DNA from: Mobula hypostoma | Lineage: Eukaryota | NCBI RefSeq assembly: GCF_963921235.1 | Contig: NC_086101.1 | Span: forward strand, 7,814,001-7,878,000 | Direction: 5' to 3' | Length of the DNA: 64,000 nucleotides | Shown: positions 53,330-64,000 of the stretch, piece by piece | Layout: every line of letters starts with the position of its first letter | Numbering within the stretch: the first letter of the stretch is position 1 | Translations under genes and position numbers: made by a program | Notes under the pieces: generated by a model | Seen by the model: the letters and a program-made list of their open reading frames with translations, nothing else | Told to the model about the DNA's origin: nothing | Database searches by the model: none

Positions 53330-53900
53330 AGGAATCAGATGGCAGAGGGGAAGAAGTTGTTCCTGAATTGCAGAGTGTGTGTCTTCAGGCTTCTGTACCT
53401 CCTTCCTGACAGTAACGATGAGAAGAGGCCCTATCCTGGGAGACGGAGGGCCTTAGTAATGGACGTCACCTTTCTGAGGCCCTGCTCCTTGAAGGTGTCT
53501 TGGGTACGACGGAGGCTGGTACTCAAGATGGAGCTGACTAATTTCACAACTTTCTGTAGCTTCTTTCATCCTGTGCAGTCGTTCCCCTCCCCATACCAGA
53601 CAGTGATGCCGTCTGTCAGAATGCTCTCCACAATACATCTGTCGAAGTTTGAGTGTTTTTGTTGTCAAACCAAACCTCTTCAAGCTCCTAATGAAATATA
53701 ACCGCTGTCTTGCCTCCTTTATAACTACATCGATCAGTTGGAATCAGGTTAGATCCTCAGAGACCTTAACACCCAGGACCTTGAAATTGCTCACTCTCTT
53801 CATTTCTGATCCCTCTATGAGGAATGGTTCGGATTCCCTTGTCTTACCCTTCCTAAAGTCCACAATCAGCTCCTTCATCTTACCGACATTGAGTGCCAGG
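53330..53900 (-). mobile_element. L2/Rex-like LINE 3' fragment
   Basis: Reverse-strand remnants resembling the KELIVDFRK / ITVWYG / IIKDP-HPG region. Confidence 0.65.
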
Positions 53901-54682
53901 CTGTGTTATGCAAAAAAAAACTCTGACCAAAGAGATAACCATCTATGATAAAAATCAACCAACTAAGTAGCTAGATTAAAGTGGGATGACACCAGCTGCA
54001 GAAATACTAAGAAGCTTCTGCAAAAGTACTGAAAAGCAATTATACTACAATCAGTGCACAATACCTTGAAGAATTACACATATACACTCAGTACAGGAGT
54101 GGAACCTGGTGTCACACTTACTGCTGTAGCCAATCCACTTCATGGTGTGAGATGCTCAGAGACAATCTCTGTATACCACTGCTGTAACGTGTGGGTATTT
54201 GAATTGCCATTGCCTTCCTGTCAGCTTGAACCACTGCCGGCATTCTCCTGACGCTCCCATTAACGAGGCAATTTCACCCACAGAGCTGCTGTTCACTGCA
54301 TGCTTTCTGTTTTTCACACCATCCTCTAAACTCTCTCACAAATTCCTACAGCTGTACCGTGGAGAACATGTTAACTGGTTGCATCACCATCTGGTATGGG
54401 GGAGGGGGGCTAACACACAGGATCAAAATAAGCTGCAGAGAGTGTCAAACTCGGTCAGCTCCATCACGGGCACTAACCTCTGTGGTGTCCAGGACAACTT
54501 CAATGAGCGATGCCTCAAAAAGGCAGCATCCATCATTAAGGACCTCCTCCACCCAGGTCGTGCCTGATTCTGATTGCTACCGTCAGGCCATCCGATTTCT
54601 GAATGGACATTGAACCCATGAACACCACCTCACTACTTTTTAAATTTCAATTTTTGCACTACTCAGTTAACTATTCAATATA

Positions 54683-55142
54683 CGAGGGGTGATTGAGAAG
54701 TTCGTGGCCCAAGGTAGAAAGAGAGGTTATTAACTTCAAACTTACTGCATTTTCACTCAAAGGGTTGAACTGCACGTGCATGTAAGGAGAGCTGTATAAC
54801 TCATCTCCTTCTATCTGAGGCCACTAACTTAGTAATCACCCCTACTGTGGACCACCTGGAGGTCCAAGATGCTCTCGTTACCTGCACGTGCAGTTCAACT
54901 CTTTGAGTGATAATGCAGAAAGATTGAAGTTAATAACTCATCTCATTCTACCTTAGGCCAGAAACTAATCAATCACCTCTGCTGTGGACCACTTCGACAA
55001 AGAAGGGATCCGTATGCTCCAAGACCGCTGGACTAAGTGTGTACATGAAGGAGGGGACTATGTTGAAAAATAAATAAATATGCCAGGTTCTCTAAAATTG
55101 ACTCCTTCTACCCTAGGCCATGAACTTATCAATCACCCCTCG
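54683..55142 (+). mobile_element. mariner-family non-autonomous element (460 bp)
   Basis: TA TSDs; ~41-bp TIRs CGAGGGGTGATTGA...; C-terminal transposase remnant KEGIRMLQDRWTKCVHEGGDYVEK*. Confidence 0.9.
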
Positions 55143-57008
55143 TATACTTACTGTAATGCAGTTCTTTTCTATTATGTATTGTTTTGAATTGCTGCCACGA
55201 AGAAACAAATTTAATGACATGTGGTAGTGGTATTAAATTGGATTTTGAACCGCAGAGACTGTTGTGCTTGAAAAGATCAGCAGTTTGTGAGATACTCCAA
55301 TACCGCTACGAGCACTAACAATCATTCCACGTTCACTGAGTCAGCAAAGTCACTGGGATCATCCCCAGTCTGAATAACAACCGAACCTCGTGACCATGTC
55401 CACATGCTTTTACGCATTGAGTTGCGACCACATGATTGGTTGATAAGATATTTGCATTAACGAGCAGGTGTACAGAAGTATCTAATAAAGTGGTCACTGA
55501 ATCTCTTGCTTACAGACAATTATATAAAAATACTAATATAGGAAAGTTAAACTGCAAAGAAAAATAACAATTCTACAGCCTAATCCAACAAGCCAAAGCA
55601 TCACACAGCAAGCAGTGACAGCTGTGGTCACACTAAAGTTTTGCAAACTTCAAACATTTTATTACTTTACTTGCTTTTACTAGGAGGCAATAAACGATAC
55701 ATTCTGGACAATCTTATCAGGCTGTGATGCTGTTTTAGGGGTCACTCAGTCCAAATTGTGATTGTTTTTTTTCTGTACTCTGTTATCTGCAGATTATCAT
55801 GTTTTTGTAATAAACATAACCTCATACCTCTCTGGAGTGAATCCCATTCGTCAGATTTCTGCCCAGCTCAACAGACCACTGACATACCCTCACAGTTATC
55901 AGGAAGAAAACTGTATGACCAGATTTGGTACAGATTGCAAACTCCTTAGTCAGGTCGAAAATTTTATCATCATGCATGGATGGATGCACCATTAAAAGCA
56001 ATGGACTCAGCACTAAACCTCATGACCAACAGCTTTGTAACTACAAAAACTCAAGGGACTCAGCACTAAACCTTACAACCAACGGCCTTGCAACTAAGAC
56101 TCCCCTTGTCCAGCCCATTCAATGGCCCCGTTTAGTGAGATTGCAAATAACACATGACCTCGGTAACATTTTCCTGTGATTCTCAACGTATATTAATGAC
56201 AGAGTCTCCACAAGCCTCTTGCATCAAGTATTCTAAAACCTGGGTGAGGAAATATCTCACAGAGCAAAACACTGTGGATGAATGATTCTGTTGTATTTCT
56301 GTATTTTTCTGTAAATGCCCACAAGCAAATGAATATGATGGTGGCATATGGTAACATGATAGTAAATTACTTCAAACTGTTAAACTTTGGACAAAAATTC
56401 TTCAGTCCAACCCTGGCGTGCACAACCCAGGTGCTCGCCCAGCTAATCCCAATTTCCTGCATTCGGCCCATATCCCTCAAGTCCTGCCCCTCCACCTACT
56501 GTCCAAGTGCTTTTTCAGTGGCATTGTTACCTGCCCCAAACACTCCCCCTGGCAGCTCGTTCCATCCACTCACATCCCAGTCCTGTATGGCCAGCCCCTG
56601 ATGTGGGCACAGCCGGAGGAAACAACCACCCCATCTCTACTCTGTTAAGCCCCATCCAAAACTCATGCACTTCATTAAGATCTCTGGAACTGAACAACAT
56701 GGGCCCCATTTGCTAAATCGCCCCTCAAACTTGCCAAGCCCGTCGCCAGCACAGTTCGGCCTCAAAGTCACCTACACTCAGCGGCCACTTTATTAGGTAC
56801 CCCTGCTCCTGTGGCAGCAGCTCAATGTGTAAAAGCATGCAGGAGTGGCCAGAAACAGGTTTAATGCCACCAACACACGTCATGAGATTTGTTAACTTTA
56901 CAGCAGTACAGTAAAAGACATGATAAATAGAGAAAAACTATGGTAGTATGTATATCTGTATACACATACACACATATAAATTAGTGCCATGAAATAACAG
57001 ACAGTACA

Positions 57009-57443
57009 GTTGCCTGGATTGGGGAGCATGCCTTGTGAGAATAGGTTGAGTGAACTCAGCCTTTTCTCCTTGGAGCGACGGAGGATGAGAGGAGACCTGA
57101 CAGAGTGTACAAGATGATGAGAGGCATTGATCGTGTGGATAGTCAGGGCTGAAATGGTTGCCACAAGACGACACAGGTTTTAAGTGCTGGGGAGTAGGTA
57201 TGGAGGAGATGTCAGGGGTAAGTTTTTGACTCAGAGAGTGGTGAGTGCGTGGAATGGGCTGCCGGTAACGGTGGTGGAGGCGGATACGATGGGGTCTTTT
57301 TAGAGACTTTTGGATAGGTACATGGAGCTTAGAAAAATAGAGGGCTATGGGTAAGCCTAGTAATTTCTAAGGTAGGGACATGCTCGGCACAACTTTGTGG
57401 GCTGAAGGGCCTGTATTATGCTGTAGGTTTTCTATGTTTCTAT
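57009..57443 (+). mobile_element. CR1 3' end
   Basis: [21 protein letters not shown] tail. Confidence 0.85.
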
Positions 57444-58139
57444 GGATATGGTTCAAGGAATTATATTATTGAATCTTAACTAAAGGGTTGGTGAAGAATA
57501 ACAAAAAAAAAGGGCCAATTGTAATTAAACTGTCAAATGTGCTGAAGCTGGAGTTCACCTTGAACTTCTCTGTCACTATCACACTGGGCCCTCAGTCAGC
57601 GTGAATGTACACAACACCTTCCGACCGTCACTCACAATCCATCTCGAACCAAGGGGTCTCTCAGCAGATCGTATGCTACGACCGGTTCTCCCCAGTGTCT
57701 TCTCTCTCCATCTCCCACCAAACAAAAAACCCAAGCCCAACCTCAGCGTTCCTCACGAGAGAAACCTTCCCAACAATTCAACCATCCTAAATGGATGGCA
57801 CACATTTCTCCTCATCTCTTATCTTCAACAATAACCCAAACAAACTGAAAACAGAACAGGCTGCTCTGACAGAACTGCCAAAATGAAACACATACAGCAG
57901 AACAGTAAAAATATGAACCAGGACATTGCATATATATGTCCATTAAATAGTTCAGTTCAAATCAGTAGCCCAAAACAAAAACAGAAATTTAAAAGGTGGT
58001 GAGGTAGTGTTCATGAGTTCAATCCATTTAGAAATCGTATGGAAGAGGGGAAGAAACTGTTCCTGAATAACTGAGTGTGTGCCTTCAGGGCTCCATACCC
58101 CCTGCCTGATGGTAACAATGGGAAGAAGGCATGTCCTGG

Positions 58140-58565
58140 GTACAGCGCCAAGGGAGTGATGGTCAAGAGGTTCAGTTGCTGTTCAGATCAGTCATCAGAA
58201 TAGAGAAGAAATGTGATCTTAGTGACTTTGACCTTGGAGTGCATGTCAGTGCCAGATGGGGTGTTTGTGCATCTCAGAAACTGCTGATCTCCAGGGGTGT
58301 TCACGCACAACAGTCTCTAGGTTTTACAGAAAATGGTGTAAAAAAAATCCAGAGTGGCCATCATGTGGGCATAAACACTTTATTAATGAGAGAGGTCAGA
58401 CTGGTTTAAGTTTACAGGAAGGCGATAGTAACTCAAATAACCACACATTACAAAAACAGTGATGTGCAGAAGAGCATCTCTGAACGCATATGTTGACCCT
58501 TGAAGACCACAAACATACATTCAGTGGCCACTTTATTAGAGGCAGCAAATAAAGTGGCCATTTAG
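58140..58565 (+). mobile_element. Tc1-like non-autonomous fragments (related pieces at about 54085-54330, 55250-55500, 56775-56850)
   Basis: Recurring CAGTGGCCACTTTATTAG / CTAATAAAGTGG terminal motif and KCDLSDFD-like remnant. Confidence 0.55.
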
Positions 58566-59409
58566 TGTATTCATGCACCATTAGTTATGGTCCTTCACTG
58601 CAGCACATGAGCAACACACACTCACACTCTGTTGGAGGAGCTCAGCAGCGATGGAGAGGAATACGCAGTCTATGCTTTGGGCCAAAACCATTTCCTGCAA
58701 CATCATCTTTTTTCCCGCTTTCCAGACTTGCTACCTGAACTGTTGAGTTCAACCAAAAAGCACTGCAGGACCGCACGGTACACTGTTGGTAGACAACTAT
58801 TGGATCAGGAAACCATCTGCACTTCACAATGTCTATGGCGGGCTTGTAAATTCGTGACAGACTCATCTGACCACAGCAATCACCTATTCAATCTCCTGTT
58901 GCCCAGCAGGAGATACAGAAACATCCGCACACAGACATCCAGACTGAGAAACACATGTTCCCCAGGGTTGTCGTGCAACTGAACAATGCACCCCACCCAC
59001 CCACAGCCCATAGGTACCATGGACACCTCCAAGTGCAACACATGGGCATAATTATTCATACTATATTTTATGTACAATCATTGTTTAATTTAGGTGTCAC
59101 TCTAAGTAACTCAGACATTATTTTAAAATTTAAATGCTGTCATTGTGTTTTAGTCATTGAATTGCCAGTGTGCAGTTTTGCTCGGAATGGAGCAGCATTG
59201 CAATCTCGTCCTCAGCAACGACAATAAAACTCTAACCCAGTCCCTCCCGCATTTTGTGTGTGTTGCTCTGGATTTGCAGCATTTACAGAAATACTTGTGT
59301 TTCTTTCTGTAGCACATGATATGCGCCTGCTCTTATCACGAGTCCTTTGGTCACCAAGACATGCAGATGCATCAGAATTATCTGGTCGCGACTCTCTAAC
59401 CAACAGTCA

Positions 59410-60230
59410 TGCTGTTCAGAATACGAGAGGAGACCTCATCCCACAACCATCTGACTCTCTTTGCACCCATGTCTGTGTGGCTAGGCACAGCTCAAATCCC
59501 ATCTATAAATTTGCTGATGATACAACTATTGTCAGCAGAACATCAGATGGTGGTGAGGAGACATATAGGAGAGAGACAGATCAGCTGGTAGAGTGGAGTC
59601 ACAGCAACAAACTTGCACTTCACATCAGTCAGACCAAAGAATTGATTGTGGACTTCAGAAAGAGTCAGACGAGGGAACACAGTCCTCATCGAGAGATCAG
59701 TAATGGAAAGGGTGAGCAATTTCAAGTTCCTGGAGGTCAGCATCTCCAAGGATCTTCTCTGGCCACAAAAATATGGCGGGGTGTTGGGGTATGCACGCCA
59801 CAGGATCAAAATAAGCTGCTGGAAGTTGTAAACTCAGTCAGCTCCATCTTGGGCACCAGCCTCCGTAGCATCCAGGACATCCTCTCGGAGCAATGCCTCA
59901 AAAAGGTGGCATCCTTCATGAAAGACCTCCATCACCCAGGACATGCCTTCTTCTCATTGCTGCCGTCAGCATGGAGGTACAGGAACCTGAACACACAAAC
60001 TCAATGATTCAGGAACAGCTTCTTCCCCTCTGCCATCAGAATTGTGAATGGACAATAAACCCATCAACATAAACTCACTACTATTCTTTTCTTTTTGCAC
60101 TACTCATTTAATTTTTTTAAATGTATTTACATATACTTCTCACTATAATTTACAGTTTTCATTACATATTGCAATGTACTGTTGGATAAACTTCACGTCA
60201 TAAGACAGTGATTTTAAACCTGATTCTGAA
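59410..60230 (+). mobile_element. L2/Rex-like LINE RT C-terminal fragment
   Basis: YKFADDTTIV, TKELIVDFRK, KDLHHPGHAFFSLLPS. Confidence 0.8.
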
Positions 60231-60777
60231 CTGAACTGAACAGTCATTCCTACTAACCCTATTTATTTGCTCCAATAACCCATCGAAGTTCAAAGTAAAC
60301 TTTTTTACCAAAGTACGTATACATCACCATGTACAACCCTGGGATTTTTTTTTCTTGTGGGTATACTCACTAAATCCAATAACCATCATGGAATCAATGA
60401 AAGACAGCACCCAACAGGACGGACAAATAACCCACGTGCAAAAGTCAACGCACTGCGCAAATACAAAAACAAACAATAAATATTGAGAACATGGGATGAA
60501 GAGACCTTGAAAGTGAGTTTATAGCTTGTGGGAACAGTTCAATGATGGGGCGAGTAAAGATATCATCTCTGGTTGAAGAGCCTGCTGGTTGAGGGGCAAT
60601 AACTGTTCCTGAACCTGGTGGTGTGGGTCCTGAGGGTCCTGTACCTTTTTCCTGATGGCAGCAGTGAGAAGAGAGCATGGCCTGGACAATGCTCCTCAGA
60701 GAGAGCTGGAGGGACCGGACTATTGAGGAGGTTGTATAGGTTAGGACTTTATAGTTTGGAGCATAGGGGATCGTACA

Positions 60778-63700
60778 TTGCTGTATAAAATCATGAAGGA
60801 TATAGACAGGGTGAATGAATACAGTTCTTTTCCCAAGATTAGGAAATGAAGAACTGGAGAGTACAGGTTTAAGGTGACAGGGAAATGATTTAATAGGAAA
60901 GCAGTGGAGAGGGCTGCGGAGTGGGTAGTCCGTATATAGAATGAGCCATTAGAGAAAATGTTTGAGGAGAACACAACATTAACAGTGGTGAGAGTACACG
61001 GAGGAGACAGAGAGCTGAGTGATATGGTGGCACGGATCTTTCCCCCAAAGTCAGCAAAATTTAAGAGCTAATCATTGACTGTAGGAAGTGGGGAGGGGCG
61101 GTTGTGAGATGGTGCACGTCCTGCTATTTGCAGCGTGTTACAGAGGTCGAGTTCATAGGAGTGAATATCACCAGTAGCCCGTCCTTTCTAACCACACACA
61201 CCACAGGCAAGAACGCTCATCAGTGCTTCTACTTCCTCAGGCTGCTAGTGAAATTTGGCTAGTCCCATTTCACCCTCACGCCATTTTTATAAAAGTTGAT
61301 ACACCAGAGAAAGCACATTATTCAATACATTACGGCTTGCTACAGAAACGACTCTGTCCAGGACGGCGAGAAACTGGACAGGTTTGTGGACGCTGCTCAG
61401 CACATCACGGAAAATAGCCTCTCCTCCGAGGACTCTGTCTGCAGTGAACAGAATCAAAGACCCCAACCGCCCGAGACATCCGCTCTCCACCCTCTCCCAT
61501 TGCTCTGAAGATACAAAATCCTGAAAGCACGTACTACCAGACCCAAAGACAGCTTCTATCCCTCTGTTATAACTGAACGGTCCCCGAGAACGATAACTAA
61601 CTTACTGCCGGTTACGCTGCTGGAGTTTCAGGGCAGCAATGAAGGTCGTCCATCTCCGGCTGTGTCCAGGGCTTCCTTCATCAGGCCAGCAGCTTCCTCC
61701 TGGTTTTCACTACAGTCAGCCCTGCAATCCCGGGTGGAGACTCAGGAATACCGTCATACACAAAGTAGGATTCTTCATTGCTGTTTTCATAACTTCTGTT
61801 TGACAGTCAGGGTTATTAGCCGAACACCACCCCCCCACTACCCCACAAACTTGGAAGGCCGGTGGATCCCTCTTACTCTGGCCTCTACCCTTTGACTTGT
61901 TTGACATGGGTAACCCTTCCAAGAGCCAAAGCACAAAGCCCTGACTCCAGCCAATATAGTGCTTTGGGTCACTGAGGCACACCGGCCTCCAAACCACGAC
62001 AAGGCTCTGGTCCTCTCGGAGACTAGCATGATAAGATCGAGTCTTAACCTCACGATCTATCTTGCTATGGCCTTCCACCTTATTGTCTGCCTGCACTACA
62101 CTTTATTCTGCATTCTGTTAACTGCTTCTCCCTTGTAACAGCGACGCACCGATGTGATGACATTATCAGTACAGATGGTTTACAAAACAAAGGCTTTCAC
62201 TTTGCCTCAGAGACAATGATAAACCATTTACAATGTAGTCCACCTAACCACTTGCCTTCTCAATGCTGAGAAGCTGGTGTACAGAGATCCCCTGGTTCTG
62301 CAGAACACCGATGTGGTTGTATCGCGGCCTGGTCTGGAAACACCAATGCCTACGAACAGACAAGTCTACAGAAAGTGGAGAACACAGCCCAGACCATCAC
62401 AGGAACAGCTCCCCCCACCACCACTGAGCACATCTACCAGGAGCACTGCCACAAGAAAGCAGCATCAGTGACCCCCCCCCCTCCTCCCACCATCCAGGCC
62501 ATGCTCTCTTCTTGCTTGACGTATAAAATCCTTTGGCCCCACACCACCAGGTTCATCAACAATTATCACCCTACACCCATCAAGCTCCTGAATGAGTGTT
62601 GATAACTTCACTCACCTCAACACTGAACTGACTCCACAACCTATGCACTCTACAACTCCGTATTATTTATTTATTTTTAACCAGCACAATTTCTCTTCTC
62701 AGTGTTGGTTGTTTATCAGTCTTTATTTATAGTTTTTCATAAATCTTTCTGTATTTCTTCTTTCCTGTAAATGCCTGCAGGAAAATGAATCTTAAGGTAG
62801 TACATGGTCTCAGACTTTGAACTTTGACATCATTCACTTGCTCATCAGTTTAAAAATATTTCTCATTTCTATCACATTCCGTCTGCCATATGGGAAGGAT
62901 GGCAGAGTGGAGACAGGTCTCTACCAAAGGAGGTGTAAGGTGCTCCTTCCTTCCGCCAGCCTGCAGGTCACCCTAGGCCAAGGTGCAGCACCTGCTTAGC
63001 CCCCTGATCAGGGTCACGTGAAGCCATGAGAGCAGGTAATGGATGGTCCAGACCCAGAAATTTACCATCCCTTCACAGCCCAGGGTAGATTTTATCCAGG
63101 CCCAGTAATAGACCATCCCTTCACAACGCAGCGTAGATTTTAATCCAGGCCCAGTAATGTACCATCCCTTCACAACACAGGGTAGATTTTATCCAGGAAG
63201 GTAAAGCAATGAGGTCCTGAAGGTAGAAAGCTGAGATGCAGGACCTTCAGGGCAGTACTTTTGCAATTGCTACCTATGTCACACACCAGTGATAGTAGAA
63301 ACAGGTGGATTTAGCAGATAAATGCGTGGCTGGGAAGCTGGTGCAGTGAGCAGGGCATCATGTTCTTGGATCACTGGGATCTCTTCTGTAGGAGGTATGA
63401 CCTGTTCAAAAGGGACGGGTTGCACCTGAACCCGAGGGGGACCAATATTCTCGCAGGCAAGTTTGTTAGAGCTGTTCGGGAGGGTTTAAACGAATTTGGT
63501 ACCGGGGTGGGAACTGGACTGAAGGGACTCAAGATAGGACGGATGGTAAAAAAGCAAAGATAGCATGCAGTCAGACTGTTAGGAAGGGCAGGCAGATGAT
63601 AGGACATAATTGCAGCCAGCAGGGTGAGTATCAGTGCATTAGGGATGCAGAATCAAAAAGGTTTGCAAATACAGTACTTAAAGTTTTATATCTCAATGCA

Positions 63701-64000
63701 CAGAGGATAAGAAATCAGCTGGATGATCTTGTTGCACTGTTACAGATTGCCGGGTATCATGGTTTCATGTTGTGGCCATCACTGAATCGTGACTGAAGGA
63801 TAGTTGTAGTTGGGAGCTAAATCTCCAAGGTTACATGTTGCATTGGAAGGATAGGAAGGTAGGCAGAGAGGGTAGCATGCCTCTGCTGGTAAAGAATGGC
63901 ATCAAATCAGTAGAAACATATGACAGAGGATCAGAAGATGTTAGAACATAGAAATTTACAGCATATAACAGGCCCTTCGGCCCACAATGCTGTGCTGACC
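60778..64000 (+). repeat. Segmental duplication copy B
   Basis: Colinear with 2-2760 apart from scattered substitutions, a 48-bp VNTR expansion and 371 bp absent from copy A. Confidence 0.97.
63053..63197 (+). repeat. Minisatellite, 3 x 48-49 bp
   Basis: Unit CCCAGtaatxxACCATCCCTTCACAxxxxAGxGTAGATTTTATCCAGG; a single unit is present at 2277-2324. Confidence 0.9.

Noticed and set aside
56940..57930. Second solo LTR split by a CR1 tail
   Set aside because: Termini and TSD could not be defined.
63053..63197. CRISPR-like array
   Set aside because: Head-to-tail minisatellite with no unique spacers or cas genes, in eukaryotic DNA.
520..63796. Most short ORFs in the six-frame track
   Set aside because: They are antisense or out-of-frame readings of transposon remnants, with prokaryote-style start calls.

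Overview
Eukaryotic, repeat-dense vertebrate DNA. The repeat mix (CR1, L2, L1/Tx1, Penelope, V-SINEs) and the TRIM type suggest a cartilaginous fish (inference). One intact six-exon TRIM gene (RING, B-box, coiled coil, PRY-SPRY; 471 aa; + strand, 16393-25869) can be spliced by hand with GT-AG introns. Two pieces of a lysosomal sialidase (NEU1) gene lie on the - strand: a clear exon 2 with the FRIP motif (44824-45013) and a probable frameshifted signal-peptide exon 1 in a CpG island (6664-6773). Their order is impossible for one gene, and I found no exons 3-6. This is explained if the window is one ~60.8 kb unit of a tandem segmental duplication: positions 2-2760 recur at 60778-64000. The rest is nested transposon debris (CR1, L1/Tx1, L2, RTE-derived, HERO, Penelope, a solo LTR, a mariner MITE, Tc1-like and Chapaev-like elements). 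The most unusual RNA-level signals are both in TRIM introns: an intact minimal Penelope-type hammerhead ribozyme with an antisense partner in intron 5, and a hammerhead-like motif in non-circularly permuted order in a HERO retrotransposon 3' UTR in intron 3. Repeat boundaries are approximate unless a TSD or TIR is quoted.
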